Shown here: one piece after another, positions 1 to 9,707 of the stretch | Position numbering within the stretch: the stretch's first letter is position 1 | Layout: each line of letters begins with the position of its first letter | NCBI GenBank assembly: GCA_964547465.1 | Contig: CAZJNI010000003.1 | Location: 21,334 to 85,333 of the forward strand | Direction of reading: 5' to 3' | Source of the DNA: an uncultured Gammaproteobacteria bacterium | GTDB taxonomy: Bacteria; Patescibacteriota; Microgenomatia; Daviesbacterales; UBA10151 | Length of the DNA stretch: 64,000 bases | The notes under the pieces: generated by a model | The model's database searches: none | Told to the model about the DNA's origin: nothing | Seen by the model: the letters and a program-made list of their open reading frames with translations, nothing else | Position numbers and translations under genes: made by a program

Positions 1-201
1 GGCCCTCAAATAAAACTAATGGTGGCTGGTTCAGGCAGGGCAGATAAAAACCAGGTGCATGATGGGGTAAGAAAATTTTTAGGCACAGCAGCTAAAAGAA
101 GGAATAAACTGAAAGTTACCTGGAAAGGCGGGCATTTGGATGATGCCACAGATGCTTTGGCAATAGCAATATGTCATGTACTGAAGCTGGTAGCAAAGTG
201 A
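1..201 (+). CDS. ruvC: Holliday junction resolvase RuvC, C-terminal fragment (gene starts upstream of window)
   Basis: Translation ...GSGRADKNQVHDGVRKFL...DDATDALAIAICHV matches the conserved RuvC C-terminal region (GxGxAxKxQV ... DAADALAIAI). The ORF enters at the window edge. Confidence 0.6.
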   Translation, partial: GPQIKLMVAGSGRADKNQVHDGVRKFLGTAAKRRNKLKVTWKGGHLDDATDALAIAICHVLKLVAK

Positions 202-243
202 GTGTATCAAGTATCATGTATCAGGTAACATGACACATGACAC

Positions 244-1041
244 TTGATCCTTGACACATTTATGATTGATTTAACTAAACGTCAGAAAATAATAATCACC
301 TCGATCTTATTAACTATAGGACTTATTTCAACACAGCTTGTTGATTTTAATTTAAGATTTAAATTCATAGCAGGATTAGCCGTTCTTTCTTACTTTCTCT
401 CTCTCTGGGCTCTTTGGGAAGGCTTAAATTTAACAAAAGCTCTGGTTTTAACAATATTACCGGTTGCTTATACTCTGGCTGTTACTTCATTTTACTTTCT
501 TTTACCAATCAGATGGCTAACCAGGCTGCCTGTGGCATCTATTTTTGGCTTAACCTTCTATTTGCTGCTTCTTTCCCAAAATGTTTTTAATGTGGCCTCA
601 ATAAGAACAATTCCACTGTATCGGGCTGCATCAACTGCCACCTTTTTGTTTACTCTTTTGTCAGCCTTCTTTATATATAATGTAGTTTATGCTTTTAATT
701 TACTGTTCCTTTGGAACGGAATAGTAGTTTTTCTGATTAGTTTTCCTTTAATTTTACAAGTACTCTGGTCCCTTAAAATGGAAGATAAGGTTTCTACTTC
801 TGTATTGATCCAAAGTTTTATCTTGAGCCTTTTAATGGGGGAATTTGCCTTTAGTTTTTCATTTTGGCCCATTCGTACAACTATCTGGTCTTTGTCTTTA
901 TCTTCTGCCATGTATATTATTTTAGGCCTGACAACTCAAGTTTTAAGAGGTAGAGAAAGTAGGAGAGTGGTATGGGAGTATGTGGGGATTGGAGCAGTGG
1001 TTTTCATTATAAGTTTTGTATTAACTTCATGGGTAGGATAA
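244..1041 (+). CDS. polytopic integral membrane protein, function unknown
   Basis: 265-aa ORF with at least six long hydrophobic helices. No recognisable catalytic motif. Confidence 0.45.
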   Translation: MILDTFMIDLTKRQKIIITSILLTIGLISTQLVDFNLRFKFIAGLAVLSYFLSLWALWEGLNLTKALVLTILPVAYTLAVTSFYFLLPIRWLTRLPVASIFGLTFYLLLLSQNVFNVASIRTIPLYRAASTATFLFTLLSAFFIYNVVYAFNLLFLWNGIVVFLISFPLILQVLWSLKMEDKVSTSVLIQSFILSLLMGEFAFSFSFWPIRTTIWSLSLSSAMYIILGLTTQVLRGRESRRVVWEYVGIGAVVFIISFVLTSWVG

Positions 1042-1780
1042 ATAAATAAAATTTCTAATTTCTAATTTCAAATTTTAAAACAGAAAATAGAGGAGTGGGT
1101 TATAAAAAGCAACTAAGCGTGAAAAAAAATATGGGATTTCGTGAAAAGAATGGATGATGTAGAATGATATAGTTACTAAGCACGAATGTGGAAAACTATA
1201 AGTCTCTCTGTGCCTGTACTGTCATCCTACACATATGATTGCTAATTTAGTTCTTACATAAAATACCCGAAATGTCTTAATAGGAGGGGTCCTCCTTATC
1301 CTGTGGTTGTAATGAATTGCAGTGTAGAGTTATACACCTGCATTAATTACCAGGAAAAGTAACCAGTTAGCTCTTTCTTCTCTATTTAGTTGTCTTCCCT
1401 ATAGCTGTGATGTCGTACAATGTATCTTATGCGATGTCAAAGAAGGGCTTTTCTGGAGGAGTGGTTCTGGATTAGTAAAAAATTAATGTACTAAATACAT
1501 GGATTTTTAGCTACATTTTCTTGTACCTAATTCTTTATATTTCCCACCGATTTTTTTGTGTTTCTCTAGACTCTAGATTCTAGCGATTAATTTCTAGCTT
1601 TAGGGCTTCCTAGTAACCTAATCTGAATGACGGTAGATAGCAACCCTCCCCTGACAAGCCGTTTTTAGGGCATTGTAGGGCTTCAACCTAATAGGGTTTT
1701 TATCGAAGCTAGTCTGTCTGGTTACCTTCGTCAAATGGTAAAATTGATTCTGCTAATTTTCTTCTTTTGTTAGCCCTTGT

Positions 1781-1807
1781 CAAAAATTGTCATTTAGACA
1801 ATTTTTG
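1781..1807. promoter_or_regulatory. perfect 11-bp inverted repeat caaaaattgtc-attta-gacaatttttg, candidate operator upstream of the methyltransferase gene
   Basis: Perfect AT-rich dyad read directly from the sequence. It lies 15-120 nt upstream of the possible start codons at 1822 and 1924. Too AT-rich for an intrinsic terminator stem. Confidence 0.35.
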
Positions 1808-1821
1808 CAAGTGGATCTCCT

Positions 1822-2631
1822 TTGCAAAAAATAATTCTGAAAGATTTTAATTATTTTTTGCTGCAGTCCGATTGTCGGACAATATTAGTTGTTTTCTTTC
1901 ATTCAAAATGTATAATTAGTGATATGGAGGATAAGCCAGCCAATGAGAAAATTTATACATTCAAAGATATAGGTTATTTCAGGCTTACTCCCCGATCTGC
2001 TGAAAACTATTATGAAATTTTTGCTTTCAGTCCCAAAGATTTAAAACCAAATGCCATTGTTTTGGATGCAGGTTCAGGAACAGAACAGGAGTTTGCCAAG
2101 AGTTTAGCAACCTCAAGGCCAGATATAAGGGTAATTTCCTTAGATCCAAGTTTAGCGCTACCTTCAGATGATGAAGCCTTAAAGGAGATGGGTATCAGTT
2201 ATGATATTATCCCTCTAAAATCTCCAAATAAACCAGATGAGAAAACTACTCAACAAGACAGAGAACAAAGAGTAAAAAATAAGTTTGGAGAAGTTGTAGC
2301 AGCCATTGCTCCTCATTTGCCTTTTAAAGACCAGACTTTTGATTATATCTTTGATAATCACGGGCCATTTATGTATTTTTCTCCGGATAAGAATGAATTA
2401 GAAAGATATGTAGCAGAACTTCTAAGAATAACAAAGCCTGGAGGTAACATAGATATATATCCGCTGGATACTTATTCTGAAGCTTTAATGAATAATAGAC
2501 AGAAGCTGAAGAATAGCCGTCAGCGTATTCAAGATATCATGCAAGATTTAGGGATGAATAATTTTAATGTATTTACAGCTCCTGATTTTGGTAGGATTAA
2601 TCGTCTAGGAATAAAAATTACTAAAGTTTAG
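1822..2631 (+). CDS. class I SAM-dependent methyltransferase (alternative start at 1924)
   Basis: Motif I-like IVLDAGSGTEQE, acidic residue after beta-2 (ISLDPS), and post-motif ITKPGGNIDIYP. The first 34 codons are low-complexity, so the Met at 1924 may be the true start. Confidence 0.55.
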   Translation: MQKIILKDFNYFLLQSDCRTILVVFFHSKCIISDMEDKPANEKIYTFKDIGYFRLTPRSAENYYEIFAFSPKDLKPNAIVLDAGSGTEQEFAKSLATSRPDIRVISLDPSLALPSDDEALKEMGISYDIIPLKSPNKPDEKTTQQDREQRVKNKFGEVVAAIAPHLPFKDQTFDYIFDNHGPFMYFSPDKNELERYVAELLRITKPGGNIDIYPLDTYSEALMNNRQKLKNSRQRIQDIMQDLGMNNFNVFTAPDFGRINRLGIKITKV

Positions 2632-2633
2632 GT

Positions 2634-2879
2634 TCATTTAACTGCCAGGATTAATTTATTTAAAAGCTCACTGTTTTTGGAAAGACAATCTTTATATTGG
2701 CCTTGATAATAATCAAAAGCATTAACTGGTGTTAGCCTTAATGTGGCTTTGGCAGAGCTTTCTGCACACTGCTCCCCTATCTTGATGGGTTGCAAGATTT
2801 GGAAATAGAAAAGTATAAATAAAGAAAGTAAACCTATATAGATTAAATTCGCTACGTTCAAACGGGTTAATTTGTACAT
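2634..2879 (-). CDS. small hypothetical membrane protein
   Basis: 81-aa ORF with one strong TM helix (LIYIGLLSLFILFYFQIL). No homology recognised. Confidence 0.25.
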   Translation of the reverse strand: MYKLTRLNVANLIYIGLLSLFILFYFQILQPIKIGEQCAESSAKATLRLTPVNAFDYYQGQYKDCLSKNSELLNKLILAVK

Positions 2880-2950
2880 GACGGCGAATAGTATCAGAAA
2901 GTACTATAAAAGTCAACTATAGGTCGGATTATGTATTTATAACGATAATT

Positions 2951-2983
2951 TATAACGATATGGGATCGGAATAGATATATAGC
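2951..2983. repeat. copy 1 of a short dispersed repeat taacgata(t/c)gggatcggaatag(a/c)tata
   Basis: 25 of 27 nt identical to 11118-11143. Both copies are intergenic. Confidence 0.5.
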
Positions 2984-3307
2984 TGAAAATAAAATTAAAA
3001 TAGAATATCCATTAATAGGATTTGAGGTTGATGTCATAGATGAAGATCTGTGCTTTCCAACTGAGTGTGGAGATACAAATGCCTTTAAATTAGAAAAGTA
3101 CCTTTCTCTTCCCAATACTAAGAAGATGTTGATTCTTCCTTACCCTCATTCTGAAGATATAAAAGTCTTTGAGTTTGTCGCCAATCCTAAATTTTTTGAT
3201 TACATTAAACACAAACAAAATTTCCTAAATCAAAAAAACGCTAAATTGCGGAAATAAAATTCGTTGTCGCACAATATATAAAGTTGAATTAGAATTGTTA
3301 TTAAGTT

Positions 3308-4066
3308 ATGCTCAAGTTTATGGAAGTCCAAGGCAAGCAACCCCCGTACCCGGATTTAAGTGATAACGATAGAGTTGGGTTATTAGATAGTTTAGTTCTT
3401 CCTCCCCTTTTAGCAGCTGGCAGGCCAGTTTTGGATGTTGAAGAGTTACCCGGTTATAGATCCTATATTCTTAAGTCTCATACCCCACAAGATCAGCAGG
3501 TTTATGATTATGTAGCTAAAGCTGCAAGATTATTACAGAAGGGTTACAAACGATTTGCTCAAAGTTATATTGCAGAACACCCAGAAATTTTAAATTATGC
3601 TTCAAAGATTCATCTTCAGCCTCAACCTGCTGATATTCCTCAAGCAGTTAGCAGTTTAGTCGCACTTTTGTCTGAAGAAGGAGGAGTAGCTGATAAAATT
3701 TCAGGATTTAAGATAAATACTAGAGGGGTTTATCTTAAATTTGAATCAGACCAACCTTACGTAGTGGTATATCTTCAGAAAGGAACTTCTTTAGAAGAGA
3801 TTGTTCCTTTTTTTGTTAAAGAATTTGCTGATTTTGAACAAACATCAAGACCACTTAGATTTAATCAAAAATATGGGCCAATTGTTTATGGAGCTTTTGG
3901 GGATGGGCGTTTTAAACAAATGTACCTTGACCGTTTTGGTTTACTTGACGAGTATTATGACCAGGCTACAAATCATTCTTTCCCTAGAAGTGATATTCCA
4001 AAGCCAAAAGAATCGTTTGCTGAGAGAATTGTAAGAAGAACTGTAGAAAGACTTATCAAAACTTGA
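3308..4066 (+). CDS. hypothetical soluble protein
   Basis: 252-aa ORF with no TM segment and no recognised motifs. Coding-like composition. Confidence 0.45.
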   Translation: MLKFMEVQGKQPPYPDLSDNDRVGLLDSLVLPPLLAAGRPVLDVEELPGYRSYILKSHTPQDQQVYDYVAKAARLLQKGYKRFAQSYIAEHPEILNYASKIHLQPQPADIPQAVSSLVALLSEEGGVADKISGFKINTRGVYLKFESDQPYVVVYLQKGTSLEEIVPFFVKEFADFEQTSRPLRFNQKYGPIVYGAFGDGRFKQMYLDRFGLLDEYYDQATNHSFPRSDIPKPKESFAERIVRRTVERLIKT

Positions 4067-4112
4067 CAATGCTTATACATTGTGGGTTTAATGAGATCAG
4101 AGCAGAATTTAA

Positions 4113-6536
4113 ATGCGCTTTTTAAAAAAATTATCTGGGCTTAATCAGAGTGGTATTATACATCTTATTCCCCTGCTGGTTATTTTGCTTGGAATTATTG
4201 GAGGGGTTTATTTAGTTCAGCATCCCCAGATTTTTAAACCAAAAGCTGCAGGTGAAAGTGTGGAGTTTTTGGATGGAAATTGCGTCAAAGTAAAAGACGG
4301 CAAGAAAGTTTTAGTCTGCGACCAGTTCCAAATGAGGATCAGATCCCCTTTAGAAACCGGCCAAACAACAGACACAGGTCCTAACATGAGTTTGGTAAAA
4401 ACAGCTTATGCAGATGATCCAGAAGTTAAGAAGATCCAATACTGTGGTACTGATTGGCTTGCAGGTGCATTAAGTACAAATAGTTTTAATACTGTATATG
4501 CTGAAGATGGGTCAAGATTAGTTACTTGTCTTCCGGTGCTTCAAGAATGTAGAGAATATAATCAAACAGCAAATGAAATAACAGCAAAGTGTTTTTTGAG
4601 ATGGGAAAGTACTCCAACTTATACTTCTACAGTTTCTGATCCGACAAAAGGTGCAGATCAGCAGCCTGCTGGTAGTCAAGTCCCCGCAACCCAAACCAAA
4701 CCTGTTAATATTTCACCAAAAGGTGATGTTGAAATACTTGAAGAAAAAGAATATATTGATTTTTATTGGGCTAGTCCTGCTAGACTGAATGTAAGTACAT
4801 ATAGGTTTATGGTTACCTCTACTGAAGATAATCGTAAAGTGGGAAATGAAACTAATTGCCCCGCCAACTTTATAGGTAATTATCGTCATTGCAGCCAAAA
4901 CCTCCCTGAACTTGAAAATAATGGAAAGAACCTTAAAGGAGGCATTGTGGGGGTATCTTCCTGGTGGGAAGATGGAGCAACTTATACTTGGTGGGTAGAT
5001 GCTTTGGATGAAAATGGGAATAAAATTGGTACAAGTGATGGTTTTCAATTTACAGTTCATAAAAAAGTTGCTGCAGAAGGTGGAGCTGGAACAACTGGTG
5101 TAGGTGCTACCAGTCCAGGAGAGGCTATCAAGATTGCTCCATCTGGCAAACCCGGATCTTCTTCATCTGCTTGTCCTCCTGGTAGTGATAAGAAAGCAAC
5201 TTACGGGCAATGTGGTGGAGAAATAGGATTGGAAGGTAAAGACCCTACTCATGAATTTGAAGTTACAGAAGTTAAAGATTGTCGTGGTAATCCAAAACCC
5301 TATCTGGTAAAAGATAATGGTGTATCTTCCAGATGTCCGCGAGGAGGTACTCCTGCAACGGGTGCACTTCCGGAGAAAGCCACGGTAAACACTTGTAAAG
5401 GAGTTAAAACCTGGGATCAAATTGACGCAGAACTTAAAGGTGCAAATTATGATGGAGCCTTTAATCATTCAGGAGAAGAGTTGGGAGCATATAACAGAAC
5501 TGCTTGTCCCAGGGCAGAAGGTGGTGGAACTCCTATTCCCGGCTCTTCACCTGTAAGTACTGCCCGGCCAACAAGAGTTACCATTAAATATAGATTGGCC
5601 TTAAATCCCATTGATTTGGAAAAAGCTACCTGGTATGACTATACTGTTGGAGGGGTAACTGTTAATGTACCTTCCCCGCAGTTTACCCTGGGTAATCCAA
5701 GGTTGAATACAACTCAATCCATCCATGTTCAATTTATGGACGATCAACTGCAACCAATCAAATTCAGCACCGGTGAAGATTTTACAATTTCCTATATAGA
5801 CTTTGTGGATTGTGCATCTGTCCCGGGTGCTAACTGCGGTGCCTCTAATCCATCTGCAGTAGTACCTCCTGTTGATAATTCCGACAGTAGTAACAGCAAT
5901 ACTGGTTGTCCTTTCACAACTTATTCAAACTATGATATCTTAACGCTAAAACAAAAATGCAGTCTTTTGGAACTTTCAAGATTGCCTTTTTCGGCTTTGA
6001 AAGACTTTAGTAATCAGGATCTTTTAGATATCGCCAGGAACATAGATGGAGTAGACGGACCATATCAATTCCTTTCACAATTTGATAATGTGAGATTAGC
6101 CAGCTTTGATTTGGAAGTTTTGAAAAAATTAACTAAAGATAGATTTATTCAATTGCCGGAAAATCTGCAAAATGCAATTAAAGGAACTGATTCCCAAACT
6201 TCCGAGCAGGCAAGCTGTCAGAGTATTTCTCTGTCTGGAGCTGCTGTTTATTATGCTACAGTCAAATTTAGGGGTCAACCACAGACTGTAAAAATTTGGC
6301 TGGCCTCAAATCTTGAAATAGACAAACCCGCAAGTGAAGTACAAAGCTGGACGATAGTTAACACACTGTCTAATCCAGCAAGCGGTTCATTTTACCCGAT
6401 TGATATTCCACAGGGTTTTACCAGGGGTCAGCATGCAGTTTTAATGAGTTTGTATGGTTCCTATGGTCAGATGCTGGATGGAAACCCTAATGATGTAGTT
6501 AATCCTAGCTGTGCAACTACAGTTACCATTAAGTGA
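4113..6536 (+). CDS. large Cys-rich surface/secreted protein with N-terminal membrane anchor
   Basis: 807 aa. N-terminal TM helix is followed by the motif VQHPQIFKPKAAGE, which is shared with the next two genes. Many paired Cys and Thr/Gly/Asn-rich segments typical of extracellular proteins. Confidence 0.55.
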   Translation: MRFLKKLSGLNQSGIIHLIPLLVILLGIIGGVYLVQHPQIFKPKAAGESVEFLDGNCVKVKDGKKVLVCDQFQMRIRSPLETGQTTDTGPNMSLVKTAYADDPEVKKIQYCGTDWLAGALSTNSFNTVYAEDGSRLVTCLPVLQECREYNQTANEITAKCFLRWESTPTYTSTVSDPTKGADQQPAGSQVPATQTKPVNISPKGDVEILEEKEYIDFYWASPARLNVSTYRFMVTSTEDNRKVGNETNCPANFIGNYRHCSQNLPELENNGKNLKGGIVGVSSWWEDGATYTWWVDALDENGNKIGTSDGFQFTVHKKVAAEGGAGTTGVGATSPGEAIKIAPSGKPGSSSSACPPGSDKKATYGQCGGEIGLEGKDPTHEFEVTEVKDCRGNPKPYLVKDNGVSSRCPRGGTPATGALPEKATVNTCKGVKTWDQIDAELKGANYDGAFNHSGEELGAYNRTACPRAEGGGTPIPGSSPVSTARPTRVTIKYRLALNPIDLEKATWYDYTVGGVTVNVPSPQFTLGNPRLNTTQSIHVQFMDDQLQPIKFSTGEDFTISYIDFVDCASVPGANCGASNPSAVVPPVDNSDSSNSNTGCPFTTYSNYDILTLKQKCSLLELSRLPFSALKDFSNQDLLDIARNIDGVDGPYQFLSQFDNVRLASFDLEVLKKLTKDRFIQLPENLQNAIKGTDSQTSEQASCQSISLSGAAVYYATVKFRGQPQTVKIWLASNLEIDKPASEVQSWTIVNTLSNPASGSFYPIDIPQGFTRGQHAVLMSLYGSYGQMLDGNPNDVVNPSCATTVTIK

Positions 6537-6579
6537 TTTTTCTTGACAACCGATCTTAAATTGTTCTAAGCTAGATTTA

Positions 6580-6852
6580 ATGGATAATTATTTCCAGGGC
6601 GTGGAAGAAAAATTGTTTTCCAAGAAAAATATTATTACTTATTTAATGCTGGCAATTGTGGCTTTGGCTATTCCTTTGGGGGTAAAGCTTGTCCAGACCC
6701 AGCAGACCTTAAAATCCCGGGCAGCAACAGGAAATGAAATTAAATTTGTTCCAAAAACAGGTGAACTGGAATGCACCTCTGATAGGTGTACTACTACTAA
6801 GCCGGAAGTACAGGTAGAAATTCAAGCGCCGGCAGATAGTGAATTTAAATAA
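6580..6852 (+). CDS. small anchored protein sharing the N-terminal anchor motif
   Basis: 90 aa. TM helix plus VQTQQTLKSRAATG, which parallels the N-termini of the ORFs at 4113 and 6853. Confidence 0.35.
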   Translation: MDNYFQGVEEKLFSKKNIITYLMLAIVALAIPLGVKLVQTQQTLKSRAATGNEIKFVPKTGELECTSDRCTTTKPEVQVEIQAPADSEFK

Positions 6853-9687
6853 ATGAATAAATTTCTTGGACTGGGTGTTATATTAGTCATGCTTGTTGGC
6901 ATTGTTGCCGGTGTAGTTTTAACCCAGAGACAGCAACTACTAAAATCAAAAGCTTCGGAAGATTTTGTTGGAAAGCCTTGTAGTTTTGATGGTGATATAC
7001 CTGAAGCTAAAGCTTGCATTACTTCTTGTCCCGCAGGTACAACAGGTACTGCTGGTGGGCACAACTACTGTGTATATTCGGATGATGGAAACCATACCTT
7101 TAGTTCCTGCCAGCCTGAAACTCAAGCTGAAACATGTATTAAGTCGTCCACAGGTGATACAGGAGGTGGAACTTCTTGTCAGGACGAGTTTAAATATAAC
7201 CAATGTACTGCTTGTAATAAATCAGAACCTGTATATCAGAATACCTGTACTGGAGCATATACAACCGGCCCAGTACAATCTGATTTAGCCTGTGGTTCTT
7301 TCTGTACAGGAGGTGATACAGGTAATGTAGGTACAGGAACTGGAGGAGTTTGTAGCGGTAATTTAACTGCCAGTTGTAATCCTGCTACTCTTAGTACCAG
7401 TTGGAATATAGAACCTAAGTTTGGTTGTAATGTCTTTTTAGAAAGCCCTGATGGTCAAAATAGCAGTCAACTTAGCTCAAACTGTTCCAGCAGTTGGTCA
7501 GGGTCTAATATACCGGGAATTGGAGCGGTTACGAACGGGACTTATCGGTTATTTGTAAGTAATGGGGATCCAAATGGTAGTTGTTATAACAAGAGTGTTG
7601 CTAGTGTAGCAGTTAACTGTTCTACTGGTGGCACATTCTGTAAAGCCAATTTTTTTGATGCCAGTGCTTGTAGAATTTGTGCTTCAGATGGATCTCATTG
7701 GATAGCTAGTTTTGGGCCTAATAAAGGTAGTACAGAATGGTGTGCTTGTGCCAAGAAAGAAGCCAGTTTTACTACAGATCCACAATATTCTATCTGTCCT
7801 GGTGGTGGGCCTACAGCTACAGGTGGAACAGGAGTTACAGATGCTGCTGAATTTGAAGGGATAGTTTTCAAACAGAATAATCTACCGGTTACTTACCTAA
7901 CTGCTGGTCAAACATATGATGTGGAAATTACCATGTCAAACAGAGATAAGAAAGTCCCAAGTTATCAAGGTCCAACCTGGACTGCAGGAGACCTTAGCAA
8001 AATAAATATAACTGATTTGGAAAAAAACAAAATTGCAAATCCAGGTTATTTTCTGGGTTTCCCCCTGGCTGGTGATACAGGTGCAGGAGATTTTAAGATA
8101 AATGTAAATACTGCCGGTACAGATCTATCAATAAATGCTCTCTGGCAAATTCAATGGAAAGATCCCGCCAAATTAAGAATTTCCCTGGATAAGAATGTCC
8201 CGCCTTGTATTTCAGGTAATGTGACAGCTACTTGTTCTAATACTTTTAAAACTAAAATTACCCCGCAAAGGGATGGTACTACACCACATACTTTTTATTG
8301 GGGCATGGTACATGAGGGAGTAAACTGGTTTGGTGCACAGTATGCATCCCCTATTGAAGTAGCTGCAGCCGGAACAGCAGCTCCTGTTTGTGCACAGGTT
8401 CCAACAAAAGCTAAAAATTCAACCACCGGAGAATGTAAAGAATTTCCAACATCTTGTTTAGATATAGGTTGGGTGGCAGATTCAAAATGCACTGATGTTT
8501 CTGTTTGTGCACAGGTTCCAACAAAAGCTAAAAATTCAACCACCGGAGAATGTAAAGAATTTCCAACATCCTGTTTAGATGCTGGCTGGGTTGCTTATCC
8601 AAACTGTACAGTTTCCTCTACCCCTACTACTGCTATTCAATACAGAATAGCTGAAGGGAATACTCCGGATGATGCTAAATTTAATTTAGGATCGTTAAAC
8701 TATGACCATCAATATCAACCCAGCTCATCAACCTCCTCGCAGAGGTTCTCTTATGAATTTTCTAGCCTTAAGACCAATGATGTTAGATATATAGCTATAC
8801 AGTATCAAAAAGGTAATTTGCATACAGTAGCATATGTTACAAAAGTTATCAGGTTTGTGGGAAATGCACCGGTAATCACTGTTGCCAATTGTAAATTTTC
8901 TCCAACAGGTGATGGTACGGATGTTACTATAACCGGTTCTGGTTTTACTAATGATCAAGGTACGGTTACTGTTGGATCTAAAACTCTGGATAGTATCTCG
9001 AAGTGGACAGATAACCAGATTATAGGAAAGGTTAAAGAAAAGTTAGACGGAAAACAAAATATCAAAGTTACAACTCCCGGCGGACAAGTTACAAGCGGGG
9101 CTAATGACCGTTGTATAGTTAATACTACATCTGTTGACTTTACAGCCAAGTTGCAATGTAAACAAGCTGATCTCTCGGCTTCAAATGTGGAAGTTAAGAT
9201 TTTTGAAAATACAGTTGGATCTGATCCGACAAAACCCTTATATAGGCAAAAGATAACATTAGATAGCAAAGGCCGCCCACAGACTGATTTTAATCCTAAA
9301 TTTGAAGTAGACAAAGAATATGTTGTACAAATTAAAGCACCTAACTCCCTGTCACAGTTGTTTAAATTTAGGGCAACTGAAGGTTCTACTATTATTGAAA
9401 AGCCGGTTCTGCTTTTAGTGGGAGATATTGCCGGTCAGGATGGTCCTGATGGTCAGGTTAATAGTAAAGATTATTCAGCTTTAGTTTCTCAATGGAGTCC
9501 GGCTAAAGATGTGACCAGACTGGCTGATTTTAATTCTGATAAGAGGGTTAACAATTTTGACTACTCTTGTATTAAAGATAGTATTAGACTAAATGAGAAG
9601 GATAAAGTATTTAGTGCTCCAAAAAGAATATTAGAAGCCTCACCTAGTTCCAGCACCAGTTCAGCAACTGATACACCGACAATTTAA
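6853..9687 (+). CDS. giant Cys-rich surface protein with IPT/TIG-like domain and C-terminal dockerin-like repeats
   Basis: 944 aa. N-terminal TM plus TQRQQLLKSKA motif. IPT/TIG-like segment PVITVANCKFSPTGDGTDVTITGSGFTNDQGTVTVGSKTL...WTDNQIIGKV. C-terminal GDIAGQDGPDGQVNSKDYSALVSQW and DFNSDKRVNNFDYS resemble paired dockerin Ca-binding loops. Contains the 117-bp tandem duplication. Confidence 0.6.
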   Translation: MNKFLGLGVILVMLVGIVAGVVLTQRQQLLKSKASEDFVGKPCSFDGDIPEAKACITSCPAGTTGTAGGHNYCVYSDDGNHTFSSCQPETQAETCIKSSTGDTGGGTSCQDEFKYNQCTACNKSEPVYQNTCTGAYTTGPVQSDLACGSFCTGGDTGNVGTGTGGVCSGNLTASCNPATLSTSWNIEPKFGCNVFLESPDGQNSSQLSSNCSSSWSGSNIPGIGAVTNGTYRLFVSNGDPNGSCYNKSVASVAVNCSTGGTFCKANFFDASACRICASDGSHWIASFGPNKGSTEWCACAKKEASFTTDPQYSICPGGGPTATGGTGVTDAAEFEGIVFKQNNLPVTYLTAGQTYDVEITMSNRDKKVPSYQGPTWTAGDLSKINITDLEKNKIANPGYFLGFPLAGDTGAGDFKINVNTAGTDLSINALWQIQWKDPAKLRISLDKNVPPCISGNVTATCSNTFKTKITPQRDGTTPHTFYWGMVHEGVNWFGAQYASPIEVAAAGTAAPVCAQVPTKAKNSTTGECKEFPTSCLDIGWVADSKCTDVSVCAQVPTKAKNSTTGECKEFPTSCLDAGWVAYPNCTVSSTPTTAIQYRIAEGNTPDDAKFNLGSLNYDHQYQPSSSTSSQRFSYEFSSLKTNDVRYIAIQYQKGNLHTVAYVTKVIRFVGNAPVITVANCKFSPTGDGTDVTITGSGFTNDQGTVTVGSKTLDSISKWTDNQIIGKVKEKLDGKQNIKVTTPGGQVTSGANDRCIVNTTSVDFTAKLQCKQADLSASNVEVKIFENTVGSDPTKPLYRQKITLDSKGRPQTDFNPKFEVDKEYVVQIKAPNSLSQLFKFRATEGSTIIEKPVLLLVGDIAGQDGPDGQVNSKDYSALVSQWSPAKDVTRLADFNSDKRVNNFDYSCIKDSIRLNEKDKVFSAPKRILEASPSSSTSSATDTPTI
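8386..8619 (+). repeat. 117-bp (39-codon) in-frame tandem duplication inside the 944-aa gene
   Basis: gtttgtgcacaggttccaacaaaagctaaaaattcaaccaccggagaatgtaaagaatttccaacatc recurs with a 117-nt period (copy starts at 8386 and 8503). The first ~78 nt are near-identical and the tail has diverged. The antisense ORF 8295-8543 is an artefact of this repeat. Confidence 0.8.
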
Positions 9688-9707
9688 ATATGATATTCTA
9701 AAACTAT

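Noticed and set aside
4713-5468. Minus-strand ORFs 4713-5060 and 5163-5468 inside the 807-aa surface-protein gene
   Set aside because: Entirely antisense to a long, clearly coding plus-strand ORF. Low-complexity translations typical of AT-rich antisense frames.
8295-8543. Minus-strand 82-aa ORF with internally repeated peptide
   Set aside because: Artefact of the 117-bp tandem duplication in the sense-strand 944-aa gene.
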